Assembly (NCBI GenBank): GCA_000708835.1
Contig: DF237414.1
Location: 1-64,000 of the forward strand
DNA: 64,000 nucleotides
Source of the DNA: Klebsormidium nitens
Taxonomy: Eukaryota > Plantae > Klebsormidiophyceae
Direction of reading: 5' to 3'
Under the pieces are notes generated by a model. It saw nothing but the letters and a program-made list of their open reading frames with translations. It did not search any database and was not told the DNA's origin. Positions 34,458-47,197 of the stretch are shown here, piece by piece (position 1 is the stretch's first letter; every line of letters begins with the position of its first letter). Made by a program: the position numbers and the translations under genes.

Positions 34458-36675
34458 CTAGCAAACCCCGCCAATTGGGCAAGAGGTTTCATCGTCCCGA
34501 GCATGCCAGAGAAAGTGCGCATAGCTGCCAGTGAAATATGGATTTGTAGGATCAGATGCAATTGCAGCCTTGTAAGCCACCTCCGCCCGTTCGTAGTTCC
34601 CCAAGCCGAGCCACAAGAAGGAGGCATAGCGGCTCAATGTCTCGCCATCTTCAGGGTCCGCATCCAGAGCTTGCTTGAAGTATGAATGTGCCCTGGAAAG
34701 AGGATAGCAGATTTGAGGCTCCTGTAAGTGTCCAGATGCGTGGACCTTTGTCCTGCACGTAAGCAATGCACTCTGATTCCATCGCAGAAGTGCTACCTAT
34801 CAGTCTGAGAGGATTGTGCTACAGAAATGGTTTGATGAATGCCAAGACAAACGTCCTTGCCTCAGGCCTCAACTTCGTGCTCTCAACCAGAACATCCATA
34901 TGCTTGAACACTCCAGCTGATCGTGAGTCCTGCGGATCACTCACCGTTCCTTGTCTTTCCGCACGACGTACATAAACATCGCCATGTTGCCGAGCAGCAG
35001 GGCATTGGAGGGTTCCTTTGCGATGGCGTTCAGGTACTGGAGCTCCGTCCTATCAAAACACGGGTAATTGTCCGGGTCGACCTCGACGCTGAGCGGGGCA
35101 ACTAGCTGCCGGATGACCTCCTGGTCTAGCCTGACATGGTGATAGGGAACCTCGAGTTCCATCTCTTTGGCGGCCTGCTCTAAGAGGCCTTGCATGTAGA
35201 GAGGATCCTGTTTGGGGGAGGTGGATGCTTGGCTGTTGGCACTTTGTCTTGTGCTGCTTGAAGTAGGGGTGGCCTCCTCTTCTCTAATGACTGCAGTTCG
35301 TCGCAGCTGCACTGCCTGGCCAGGACTGCCTTCCTTGCCCTTCTGTGCTATCTTCCTCAGAGGAAATTGGCCGGCACCTCCGCTCTCAGTTGCAGGCGAT
35401 TGATAGAGCTGCCTGGTTATTGTAGCCTCAGCCTGAGTTCTACCAGACTCTGAGGCTGCCTCCTGGTGTGCTAGGCCCTTTACAATTGGAGAGGCGCTGA
35501 GGAGATCGAGGACGGCAACTTCCGGAGAGGCCAGACTGCCAGCTGAATGGACCGTGAAGTTTGCCAGCAGGAGCATGACCGACACCATCAGTACTGGCGT
35601 CGCTGAGAACACGGTCTGAAAGAGCCATAGCAGAGAGCTGTGGATCTCCTGTTGCACGATCGTCATCAACTCCTGCACAAGAAGGTGCATTCTATCAGGA
35701 AGTGATAGCAATCTGTAATGGGATGCTTGTGGCTTGTACATATCATCAATATGAGGCAAATCTGTTGGAAAATGGTGTTTGCAACCATTGCACAACGCCT
35801 TCATATCGAAAAGCCTTTGTGCTCAGACTGAAAGGCCAAGCAGATTGAGCTAGAGAAATGAGGAACAATTGATGGGATGGGATTATCAAAACCATGGCCC
35901 CTTCCTTGAGCTGCGAGCCAACACGTAGTCAAATTCATTAAGCACAGTCGTTGCTCGATCTGGCAAGAATTGCATCTGATGCTGACTTAGCTTCCACAGA
36001 AGTGCTCACTGCAGACAAGTCCAGACAATCACAAGTCCGACAAAAACAAGTTCAGACAATCTTTAGTCCGACAATCACCTGAATATCGTGCTTCTGTAGG
36101 GGTGACAGGTGCTGCCTGAGATGCATCGCATAACTCTGAATGGCCCTCAGCATGAATACCATTGTCGAGAAGGCCGTCGCAATTGCCCCATATGCTCCCT
36201 CCCCGGCCCGCAAGATTTCCCTTTCCAATGCGTTACTCTGCTCCTTGAGTACCTCGCCCTGCCGAGTCACCAACTCGAAACTGTTTCCATTTCCCAATCT
36301 AGCGTGATCTGACCCCATGAAAGCTGGACTGCCGTTTCTAGCGAGCCGGTTGTGCCCAGCCAGCCCCTTAACACCATCCCTAGGCCCATCTTGGAATCCT
36401 CCAAGAGCAGCTCTCGACTGAAAGCAACGGGGAGCGCAGGAAGCCCTACTGTACTGGGTACCCTCCCCAACCCCAACTAGACTAAAGAGCTTTGAAGTCT
36501 GCCTTGTCAAGATCTGACCCGAGTACGTTAGGCCAGCGCATGCAGGCATGGGAAGCAGGCGACAAGGCCCAGACAGAGCCCTGGAAGCTCTCTGAGCTGC
36601 CGCCACGGTTTGTTGACTGCACAGACCAAGCCATGAGGAAGAGACGGGCCCGAGGGATGCTTGTGTCACATCCAT
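34458..36675 (-). CDS. TPR-repeat protein, probably plastid-targeted (At1g07280/At2g29670-like), 3 exons
   Basis: Exons are 36675-36079, 35672-34945 and 34692-34458. The family motif reads AFSTMVFMLRAIQSY..EIHSSLLWLFQTVFSATPVLMVSVMLLLANFTVHS. The C-terminal TPRs read YFDRTELQY..EPSNALLLGNMAMFMY..AHSYFKQALDADPEDGETLSRYASFLW..YFTGSYAHFLW. Confidence 0.88.
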
Positions 36676-38378
36676 CCCGCCAAATCCTCCTGCGACAAAG
36701 GGACCCCACAGCGCAACCCTACCGCCGACCCCGTTGCCAAAACTTTCTCAAAGGATCCTTCCCGCAAAAGTCCAAGAACCGCCAATGGAGCCCTTTCTGC
36801 AACTCCTACAATCAGTCTATGGAAGGCCTGGGGGCGGCAAGAAAGGCAGGGGCGATGTGTGGCCCCCTCAGAATCTGCTTTCTGGCTCTTCACCAATTCC
36901 GTTCTGACCGCCATTCCTCTCCGGTCATAGAAAGTATCAGCTTTCCCAAGGCGGTAAAGTGAAGGCTTCTCTGCGTATCCCGCAGAGGATCCGCTTCCGC
37001 TGGAAATATCTTGGGCGCAGATCTGTTGGTATCTGCGCTTCGCGCGTGGCTAGCCCGGTTCCCATTTGCCGAATGCAACCGCCATGCATTACCCCATGTA
37101 CTTCACTGGAAGGGCCAACTCCCAGCGGGCACCTCGAACCGTCGATTCCAGCAATCGACGGCTGCTGATGACGTTCATCGAATGTTGGGGCCGCATCACC
37201 CCATGGGTAATCTAGGGTTACGTACAACGGGTGCTTAGCCTGAGATTTCGAAGGCTATGCTACTGAACTAAAATTGTCATGCAAGCATCGCGGCGGCCAT
37301 GAGCAATGCTACTACCTACTACCTACTAGGGATGCCTTCTAGCCTTCAGCCTTCTAGGTAGCTAAGTTGGGTTGTACAATAACAGTAATGGGCAGCTGAT
37401 GACTTGGCGTGCACAAAGCAATAGAACGGCATGTTAGCATCCCGTTAGCATATGCTTCTCGAAGACGGTGCATATTATACAGAGCCACAAAGTGCGGTAA
37501 TCTTATATCACATAAAGTGGAGGGCGACTAGACCTAGCTTATGCATGGACGGCAAGCGAAGTCGGACATGGACCCTTCAGTGATGAGAGTCAAGAATTCG
37601 TGAGATGATTTCGAGGTGGTAGGTACTTCGTTTTCATGCTGAGTGCATATTTGACAGCTGGAGAGCATGGATCAATGCATGCATTCCCTTTTTTCGAGGT
37701 GGTTATATGTCGGAGGGCACTGAATTGAGGAGCGCATATGAGTATTTGGAGGCCCCTCGAGCTGTATCAAATCACATACCGAAATATAAGCAAAACGATC
37801 AGCATTCAATCATTAAACATGGTCGATTGAGCTACTTTAACACCCGGCGTCAGTCAAGCTAGCATCGTACGGATTGCACGATCATGCGCATATTGCACAT
37901 GCAGTGCAGGCTAGCCGGGATCGGAAAGCACAATATACTGCAGCAAGCAGAAGGATTCATGCGAAGAGTGTCTCATAGGGCACTAGTCAACCTGTAGACA
38001 CTCGGGCCACTGTATACAACCATTCTTTTCCCATTTTCGAGTTGCCTTATCTTGGGCCAAACAAGGCTAACCGCCCGGAGCATGCATGATGATATTACTT
38101 AAGTCGTTGTCCATACTGATTGTTGAAGGATCGATCTAGGTGACAAATACCCTAAGGCTTCCAACCCCCTTAATCTGTTGAATCCAAAGTACGACAAGAT
38201 ATGAATCCTGGATTGAAGCAGTGATCGAGGCCCTTACAATCGTTTGAAGCAACCAGATAGCCCTGCGCCGCCAAAGGAAGCATACACAAATCAAGATTTC
38301 GAAGAACGACTACGCAATCATCAAGGACACTGTATGCGCATAAAGCGTCCAGTTCCACCGAATCCTAGACCAACTAGA

Positions 38379-41300
38379 TTAATTAGGCTCACAGGACTCA
38401 AGCAACCGCATCCGCTTTTGCCGCCTCATATTAGCGCCGGCCTGCCTCGCAATATGCGCCACCACCAACCGAACCTGCGGAAAGGTCACGCTCTCTTCGG
38501 GCGGTATCCTCTCCATAACCGCCTTCAACCTTATCTTGTCAAAGCAATCCGCGCTTTTGTCCCCTGCTGACGTCATCCTGAGCCCATCAAAGCTCCCTCC
38601 AGCCCATCTGTCTTCGGAACAGCTTTCGGCGCCCTTAAGGAGCGGCTGGGCAATGCCAGCAAACTGGGAACTTACTCCACGACCCCTTTCGCTCGGCGCC
38701 CCAGGGTTCCCTCCTACTAAACTTCTATTTAACCCCTCCTCAACCTCGTTTGGCTGCCCGGGGTCCTCTACTAACCCGCTCTCGCCTAAACCTTGCCCAA
38801 CCCGATTTTCTACCTCAGCCCCGCCCTCAGTTACTTCTAACTCCGCCTTGACCGCGCGCTCAATCCGCTCCCTAACAGCGTCGCTAACCCCGAGCCGATG
38901 CCAGGCGTACGCGAGCCCCGCCTGGGTTGCTTCAACCAAGTAGCTCTCGACCGTGGTTACCCTTACCCCCTTCTTAACCGCAATCTCTTCGATCGTTAAC
39001 CCGTCCAAATGCAACCTGTGAACGTCCATTTTGGACGGCGCAAGGTAAGACGGCTCGGGGACTGCGGGGATCCATGCTTCCGAGGTGGGTTCTGCCCCCG
39101 GGTTAAGCTCTGAGTTAGGCCCCGGGTTAAACCCCGGGTTAACGAGAGAGTTAAGCTCAGACTGGGGAAGTGGCCGGAGGATGGGCCGGGGAGGAGGGGC
39201 TGGCAGCGACATGAGGACCTGAGCAAAGCGGGCGTTTCAATTGAGACTATGAAAAGGTCAAAGGTAGGTTAGAGGTTAGAGGTTAGGGATCCCCCGCAAC
39301 TTGAAGGGACCCCAGAAATGGGCTGCCATTGATGAGCAACTCTTTCTTCACTCTTTCATGTAAGAATGCGCGCTTTTCGTGTAATGGAAGCCTCGCAGAA
39401 AAGCGCTTGGCTGCCGCAACTGAACGTCCGCGCACCACGTTACGTTTTTACAACCAGCGTCGACTTGATCGAATCGCATCTCGGTCGAGTCTTCGCGAAA
39501 AATGTCAACACCGTCCTCCCAAGCAATCGCAGACAGATAAGAGCGAGCCCCTTACCTGGTAGAGGCGAAGTGAAGCATACGCGTCGGTGGCCGCATATTG
39601 GCGCTGGTCGGGTGAGAGCGGGAGCCTCTCCCAGTCGCTGATGCGCTGCTTGGGCGGCTTCTCGACCTGCGCCGAGAGGGATCAACCGGGTCCAGGCAAA
39701 GTCGAGCTTGAAGACTTTTACCAACTTGCGCTTTGCGCCTTGTTGGAAAAACTACTTTTCACTTCTCGACTGCTCTCGGTTGGAAGACTCGGAGCGCAGG
39801 CAAATGAGCGGCTTCTCGAGCTGCGCCAGCGGAAATGAACCAGATTCTGACTAGGTCGAGGTTGAGAGAGAGGCATTCCAAGTTGCGCTCGGTTGGGAAA
39901 GCCGGGTAAAGAGCGTGCTTAGACGTCGCGATTGCGTTCGGTGGAAGGAAACCCAAACCTGATGGACCGGCTAACCGAAGCGCTCTCGGGTGCATCAATC
40001 AGGGCGGCTATAATATTTCAAAGACTCCAAAACCAGATTCACGAAAGTTTCAAAATGTTGGTTAGGTTGCAAAGTCCCGCCCGCTGCGGCATCGCCTAGT
40101 CTGCAAGTGCCACAATAAATCTAGAAATCTAGGTTCGCAAACTTCAATCCACTCGAACGCCGAGAAACGCAGACCCGGGCTTCGGAGCTGTCGGAACCCG
40201 TTTGCTGCAGCGTCGCTTCTTGCACCAACGCCACACAAGACCCGTAGGGACTTGCAATCCGCTGAACTCCACACGTCCAAAAGCCCGGAGCTGTTGGGGA
40301 ACCCGGGTACCAAACCTTTGGTTAAATCACGAGATTCACGCAACCTTTTTCCCTGCTGCAGCATCAACTCCTGCGCAAGCGCCGTTAGGCTCCTTTTTTG
40401 AGGTGAAGGTCCCGCGAAATCGCAGAAGTCAGCAACTCCAAACCTCTAAGAAAGCGAAAACCGGGTGCGATAACACTGGTGAGGTTATTGTCACCCACCT
40501 GCTGCAGCATCGCCTCTTGCGCGAGCGCCGTAAGGCTCCACTTCCTGGGGCCGTCTTTCGGCTGCAGCCGCTCGTTGGCCAAGTCGCTCAGGTCCCGCAG
40601 GCCCCCCATCGAGACGCCAAAGTCTCGGCGCAGCTTCTGGGCGTCTCCGTAAATGCCGGCGCCAGCCTGCACGGAGTGAAGAAAAAGCGGAAACCGTCCG
40701 AATCGTCTCCCGGTGGAATAAAGAAGTACTGTACACAGAACAACAAAACGGCAGCTCCGTCAACATCAATACAAGTTGCTTCACGAGATCGATCAAAATG
40801 AATAAACTCATCATTTCAGGACTGAGTGAAGCGGAACGCAAAAGAGATTCCTTCAGGTAAGGGGCGGAGTGTTGGGAGTGTCTAATTCTGTTGTCAGGGG
40901 TGGAACTTTCGAAAAGTTTGTTTGACGACTTCTTTTTCCAAGAGGCGGGGCATCGTTAGGAAATACTAGCCGCTTGCCCGACCACTTATGCTGCCAACGG
41001 ACCATTTTCGAAGCAGAACCTGTTTCTCCAAGAAGTTCGACGATAGGGGTGCGAAGGAACAGGCAACAACCAACAGGAGAACGAGTCTGAAAGCAGACGT
41101 GAAGCTACAAATCCGAACCATCATTGCAACAGTCTGAATCCAACAAGACGACTTGAGCACGGGCGGTAGAGAGCTCCAGGAGACAGACGGAAGAAGCACG
41201 GAAACTCTGGAAGATTCAAGCGACGGACTTCTTTGGGAGTCGCGCAAAAGTTCTAAGCTTCTTTGAGGATGTTGATTGAGCAGACCTGTACGCTTTCAGA

Positions 41301-43085
41301 TCCTGCTGAAGTAGGAAAAACACTCGCCAAAACACACTCCCACAACGGATTGAAAGAGTGCAACAAGGGAACGCAGGAAAGTCTGAACGAGGGCTGCGAT
41401 CTCACCTTCCCAACGCTTTGCTCGTCAAGCAAGGCCCGCAGGGATGACGTCAGCCCAGAATGCGCGATGTGGAAGAGGTAGCAGCAGGCCCCGCTGGGGC
41501 ACAGCTGGATCAGCGCAGCCTTCTGAGGGGTCTCGCCTGGAAGAAAGACAAGATGGAACCCTGATTATAAACCACAAAACATAAAACAGTTTTATAATCA
41601 GGGTTCTGCCCTTTCAAGTTGGAATACGCAGAGGCTTTGGAGCGTTATGCTGAATTGCTACACAAAGATGACGCTGAAGAAAGACGGAACCTCTCACTTC
41701 GCTTCAGCAACTGCAGGCTCAACGGACAACCACCAATAAATAATGTCGACAAGAAGTGATCACAAGAGGAGGGGCCTGGTTTTGATCATAATTCAGGTCT
41801 CGTAACCATCTTCACTGGCCTTTCCACAATCCTGGCAGACAGCAAACCTGCTTGTTTACCGATATTCTTGTGCGGCCCAGAGGTTTAGTAAAGTTTCGTG
41901 CCCTTAGTGGAGCCATCTTGGCTGTAAGACAGACCACTTTCTGCCAAGTCTCTTGACTCAATCAAACGTCTTGTCACCCCCTTTCCAGGTGGCCAAACCC
42001 CTTTTTGTTGTAGAGCCAGTGTGCTTTGACAGCAGAAACTCCTCACCTCTCCTGAACGTCACCTTCCACTCAATGTCGAACCCCAGGCACGCATCGCCCC
42101 CCCTCAAGTCCTCCAGCAACGTCCGAGCGGAGCATTCCACTTCCTGGGGACTGACCGCATACACAATCCTTCCCCCGAACCGCATGATCGGTAGCGTGCA
42201 CTCCTGGGGGGGCCCCGCCGTCCTTGCTGATGTCAGCCAGGCGGGCAGCTGGCGGACGCTGAGACCATCGTCCTGGCCGCACTTTGGAAGGGTTTGGTCT
42301 CCGATGGTTTTCGGAAGATCTGGAAGTGAATCGGGATCTGGGCAGATTTGGGGAAGAGGCTGGGCACTTGAATTGCTCTCAGGGACTGGCGCTGCTATTC
42401 CAGAGGAATTGATTGCAGCAACAGGGCGGGGCACTGTGAATGCACTTGCCGCCAATGGCGTCGCTCCACTCTTGGGCCCGTCTCGCCGCCCAGACGAGGC
42501 AAGGCCGACCGGCTCTTGCGATGCATCACCCAGTCCACCTCCCGTCCATTTCTGTACTTGTGCCACGCCAACTGTTGCACAATCCTTGCCAGTTTTCACA
42601 TAGCCTTCCTCAGCTGTCGCACGGTTCTCGGCGGCCGTCACACAGCGCTCGCCAGCTGTCGCACCCATAGCGCCAGCTGTCGCGTGATCAGGCCAGAAGC
42701 CAGGGAAGCCCCGTTGGGAGGGCACCCACTCTGAGAGCGACATCGCTTCAGGCCACTCGTGCTGACTTGACCCCAAAGAGTGGTCCGCTACACCACCGCT
42801 GCGCGGAGCTTCGGTTGCCTGAAAGCTTGTCCCACTAGCAGTATTCCTGGAATCAGATGTCTCTCCTGTTTGCAAATCTTTCCCTTGTGCTTCAAGCTTA
42901 CTCCTCTCTGGAGTTTTGACTGGTTCCAGGCGGGACGGTTGGCAAACAGCCTTTGCGTTGTCAAAGTGAGATTTGACCACCCCATTGCGCCGATGAGCAT
43001 CACGTTGCTGGACGGCAGCAGCCATGGCCTGTTCCAGTGCCGCCCACTCCTTGTCATCGACCCACTCAATCTCAGAGAGGTCCAT
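38379..43085 (-). CDS. WEX: Werner-syndrome-like DEDDy 3'-5' exonuclease with a disordered N-terminus and a C-terminal WRN/RecQ-type helix-turn-helix (HTH_40-like), 5 exons
   Basis: Exons are 43085-42047, about 41540-41403, about 40666-40499, 39666-39556 and about 39218-38379. ExoI is LGFDIEW, followed by ALIQLC; ExoII is GIYGDAQKL, followed by WSLTAL; ExoIII is QRISDWERLPLSPDQRQYAATDAY. The C-terminal HTH reads LHLDGLTIEEIAVKKGVRVTTVESYL..IRLKAVMERIP..VTFPQVRLVVAH. Confidence 0.9.
39264..39290. repeat. Short telomere-like tandem repeat (GGTTAGA) in the last WEX intron
   Basis: Sequence ggta ggttaga ggttaga ggttagg. Confidence 0.6.
40078..40550 (-). repeat. WEX exon-3 end and donor: functional copy plus three intronic copies
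   Basis: Plus-strand CCTGCTGCAGCATCGCC-like units start at 40498, 40352, 40202 and 40080 (spacings 146, 150, 122). Confidence 0.85.
41556..41606. repeat. Perfect 16-bp inverted repeat with a 19-nt spacer, next to the WEX intron-1 acceptor
   Basis: GAACCCTGATTATAAA (41556-41571) and TTTATAATCAGGGTTC (41591-41606). Confidence 0.9.
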
Positions 43086-44789
43086 TCAAAGTCTTACAGG
43101 GGGTTCAGCGGTCACCGCTTCCTTTGCAAAGCAGGTCTTTGACTACATGATGTGACTGTGTTTCCAATTTGATGTACAGGGGGAGTGATAATCTGCAAGC
43201 GGGCCCTTACTCCTGCATAGACGGAGTTTGTATCAAGTAGCCGCCATTCGAAGTTAGCAGTAAAGCTTCTGAAAGGGTGTGCCACCTACAGCGCTGGTCG
43301 TATCCAGGTGATCGGGTTTACCTCCCCAACGCTCAATCTCTGCGAAATGCAAACCATGGAACACACAGTCTCTTCTGTGTTGCAGCAGCGTTAATCCTGC
43401 GAGCGGACCCTCAAATCAGCTTCAGCAGCTTTCAGTTTCGTAGATAGGAAAGGAACGGAGATTCTCCCCGTTGTTCATGTGCAGCAATGCAACATGTCAT
43501 CGCAGCTTCAGCCTACAGCCTAACATTAAAAGGCTACAGCTACCTACCACTGCTCGTCTTCCAATTCATGGCAAAAGTTGGACATTTGTCATGATTTGAA
43601 CCGCAGAGCGGCAAAACCCGTTTCGTGCGGCGTGCCGTTCTTCGAGTTGTGACCATACCAAGCCTTGGGCAAACCCTATTTTGAGCACCCTCACGCCTAC
43701 GGCCGGATACCGGTTCCCAAAACCGGCTAGCTCGATCACGAGAGAAACTGTTTCTGTGTGCATGCTTTGCAATTGCATGGGGATCCCCCAAATGGGACCC
43801 CAAATGGGCGTAGACGAACATCCTGGCAAAAAGAATCATGGAGAGGATGAAGGGGCGTCCATCACAAAAATTTAAAGTCCTAAGCTAGGTTACAGTTTGA
43901 GATGTTGCAATAGTCGCAACGCGCAGGTGTTGTTTCAGGCGAGGAATGGATCAGCTCCATAAGGACTTCCAGCAGGTCATATGCAGCATGCAGTACAGCT
44001 TGATATTCGGCCCTCTCAATGAAGGATCTTTTACTGCTGATTTGGTTTTTGGAAGAAGTGCTGCACAGGAACAGAGAGCGGTTGCTGCCTCGCCCTGCTT
44101 AGTAAGCAGTGGAGGGGCATCGAGTGGCAGCCGTCTTGTGTGGGCCAGCTCTGAGAGGGTGCCAGTCTGAGCACTGCAGGTGCAGAGGGTCAGCTTGCGG
44201 AAGCGGTCAGCAATGCTGACTTGTAAGCAGCATTGTCAGGGGACAACATTGGCCTTTTCCGGCAGCACTTTTCATGTTGGCCGTGAGAGGGAAACTGAGG
44301 TGCTGAGGAAGAGATCTAAAGGCTTTGGCAGCTGGCAAAGTGGGGCAAAGCATACACATATGCAAAGAACCCTGGCGTCTTCTGGAGGAGGTGAACTTCA
44401 ATCCCCTTTTGAAGCAGCACGGAGCCTGCCTCCAAACCCTTGCAGGTCAAAGAATCCATGTACCCTTGCTTTTTACGTCGGTAATGTCTGTTTTTGGGGG
44501 CGAAAGAATGTTTCGACGCCAACGGAAGCTTCGGGGCTTGAACTCTATTTCCTAAAGCTATATAAGTCTCCACGCGTCTGCCTCATGGCTTAGCGGAAGC
44601 AAACCTCTCCAAGCCCAAGCAAACAGGAAACAACGACGACTTGTCATTGCCTGCTTACCCATCCCCCACTCTTACCACATGCTGTTCGCACACCTCTTGA
44701 GCTGAAGGCCTACCTTCTCTTGTATTGATCACAAGATACTCCCTCAGATTGTCAATACTCGATTCTAAGATTCGTTGTTTTAGCGTACA

Positions 44790-47197
44790 ATGTAGGCAAC
44801 GCTGGCTCTACATATCCAGGACAAGCAAATGCTGAACAGAAGTCAGACCTCTACAAGGAACAGGCAGCCGCTTACATCAAATGGCGGCCGACGTATCCAG
44901 CGACTTTCTTGCAGTGAGTGTTCACCAGCAGTTCTTTTTCTTGCCCCCCTCGTCAAGAAAGATGTCTAACTAGAGTGCTTTGAGAAACAACTTGCCCTTG
45001 AGATTCCTTGTCTATATGTGATACAGGTTCTGGAAGTGCTCCATATGCCAATTGTTGATATGTTTGGAAGTTACTCCTCTTATTGAGATCAAAGAGTATG
45101 AAGCTCGTTTGACACTTTAGACCTGTCGTCTGAATACTGCCTGTACTGCGAATCTCATTAGAGTGCAGCAGCTCAGCTTCAGCCCAGTACTCTTCTGCAA
45201 TATGTCTGCCCATTCTTGCCTGTGTAGTTGCCAGGAAGAGTCCTTCAGTCTGAAAGAGCTTGGCAAGTTGAGACTTCATGGACAAGGCAGGCATCATGCG
45301 GCATAAAACACACGCCTAATAGTCGTGCCAGAGAAACAGCAACGTTATCCAATTCACGTGTCATCCATTCTACTATTCACCGCAATGCGTGATTCAAACT
45401 ACTGTGTGATTGGAAGAACCGAAACATTGTAGAAGTAGTGCTCCCGGTAAGCAGCAACGCTCGCTTTTGTTGAATCAGTGTGTCCATCGTTGCTTTTCAG
45501 AGTCTTGCACAGGAGAGTGGATTTGGGTTTCCTCAGAGGGTTTCTGCGTACCTCTCAATGTCAGACCCGATCGCATTCCTTCTTCTAAAGGTGACTCCAA
45601 ATCTTGCCGCTTCCTTCGCCTTTCATTCGGGGCCCCGCAGAACCTGAGCCATCCGACGTCCCCCTGGATGATTGAACTTCCATTTCTCAAACAGTGCGTC
45701 CAAAAGTGTGAGCTTTCGAAGAAGGCGATACCAAACCTTCTTTACTATCAAACGTTCGCAGAGGCTTGGCGAAATTAGCACCGGCTCGCGAGTTGCTGTG
45801 GGACGTGGGCACGGGGAGCGGCCAGGCCGCCGTCGGACTCGCGCCGCATTTCGACCGAGTGGTGGCCACTGACGTCAGCCCCTGGCAGCTGGCGCAGGCG
45901 CCACGTGTCTCCAACGTGACGTACATAGTGACATCAGCGGAGATGGGCACGGAGGAGCTGGCTGAGGTGCGCGTTGCAGACGCAATCGACTTATTGCCCG
46001 TGGTTCAGCAGTGTTATCCGGAATCTCGAAGGTGGCTTTACTTTTACTGAGCAGAGACTTAAATGACGTAGGAACAAACCTTGAAGATGATGAGAGATCA
46101 TGGCGTCGAATTTTGAAAATTCAATTTTCGCTCAAGCTCCCCTGCTGTAGGCGTTCCACGTCTCCAGAAAGCGCGGCTCTTGGGTCGCCTAGACTCGATT
46201 GATTGTGAGAAATGGTGTTCTGATCCCCTCATGTCCGGTCTGCTTCTCTATGATTCTCTTTGGACGTCCGAAGTCCGCGGCCGTTGCGAGCATTTTTCCG
46301 GGAGCGTGCTCGAACCGAGAGCTTCGGTTGCTAGCATTCTTTCATGAGAACTTTCTGAATGGCAGCGAAGCAGAGAACTCTCATTCTGAGGCACCAGTCT
46401 TCAGGACCCACCTCGAACCACGGCTGCGCATATCGTCAGGGCAACGATTGATTGTTGAGTTAGCCTCGGCGTTTACGCAAATCGATTTTCCGTTATCAAC
46501 GACCTCACTCACAATCCAGCTACCAATCACCTGCAACACGAACCACGTTCTCTCCTCCGGTTCTGAACGGATGCTTGCTTCTGACCATTCTCTCTCGACA
46601 CCTGACCGCATATTCACTTATCTGCTTAACACAGGTGCAAACACAATCATAACTCCTTGCAGATGAACCTCAGCCGTCGCTTTGCAGGTCCTCGGCGGCC
46701 TCGCCACCGTCGATCTGATCACCGTCGCCTCCGCGCTCCACTTTTTCGACGTCCACAAAATGACCCAACAGGCGCTCGCCGCACTTAAACCCCTCGGGGT
46801 TTATGCGCCCTTCACGTACAACATGCCGGCGTTTGCGACGCCCCGGCTTGACGTGGCAATGGAAGCAATCCTGGTCGCTATGGCAGGTCCTAATTACCGA
46901 TTAGAGGCTGCGAAGCGCGAGTGTAATCCGCTAGATGGGTATAAGAACATGCACTTTCCGTTCGAGCCGGTCGAGGGGCGGACGGAAACGGAACCCCGGT
47001 TGACCCACATGCGGTTCGTGTGGCGGTTTGAGAACGTTGTTGGGTTTATGGAGAGTACGAGCTATGCAAAGCGGTTAGCGGAAATGCCGACCGGAAAAGA
47101 GCTTTTAAGGGAGCTCGAAGCGGCGTGGGTAGCGGGTGGGGAGGAGCAAGAGGTTGTGTTTAAGCTGTGGTCGAGAGTGGGCAGGAAGCCGAAGTGA
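44790..47197 (+). CDS. Class I SAM-dependent methyltransferase (Methyltransf_11 type; plant embryo-abundant/At2g41380-like); start codon not resolved
   Basis: Exons are about 44790-44914 (SDLYKEQAAAYIKWRPTYP), about 45762-45967 (LLWDVGTGSGQAAVGLAPHFDRVVATDVSPWQL) and 46688-47197 (VDLITVASALHFFD..LKPLGVYAPFTY..FPFEPV). No in-frame ATG lies just upstream, so further 5' exons probably exist around 43.9-44.4 kb. Confidence 0.85.

Noticed and set aside
37579-37725. GTGATGA...CTGA (about 63 nt) and a repeated TTTCGAGGTGGT, suggesting C/D snoRNAs
   Set aside because: There is no terminal stem, no recognisable rRNA-complementary guide, and the second unit lacks a C box.
38085-38125. ATGATGA followed by CTGA
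   Set aside because: The boxes are only about 24 nt apart and no downstream D box follows, which is too short for a snoRNA.
43785-43810. Direct repeat CCCCAAATGGG twice in the WEX/MTase intergenic region
   Set aside because: Too short and isolated to support a regulatory call.
43946-44400. Putative 5' exons of the methyltransferase (MDQLHKDFQQ|VQRVSLRK...)
   Set aside because: The phases can be made to fit, but the donors are weak and the peptide has no family similarity, so it is not called without cDNA.
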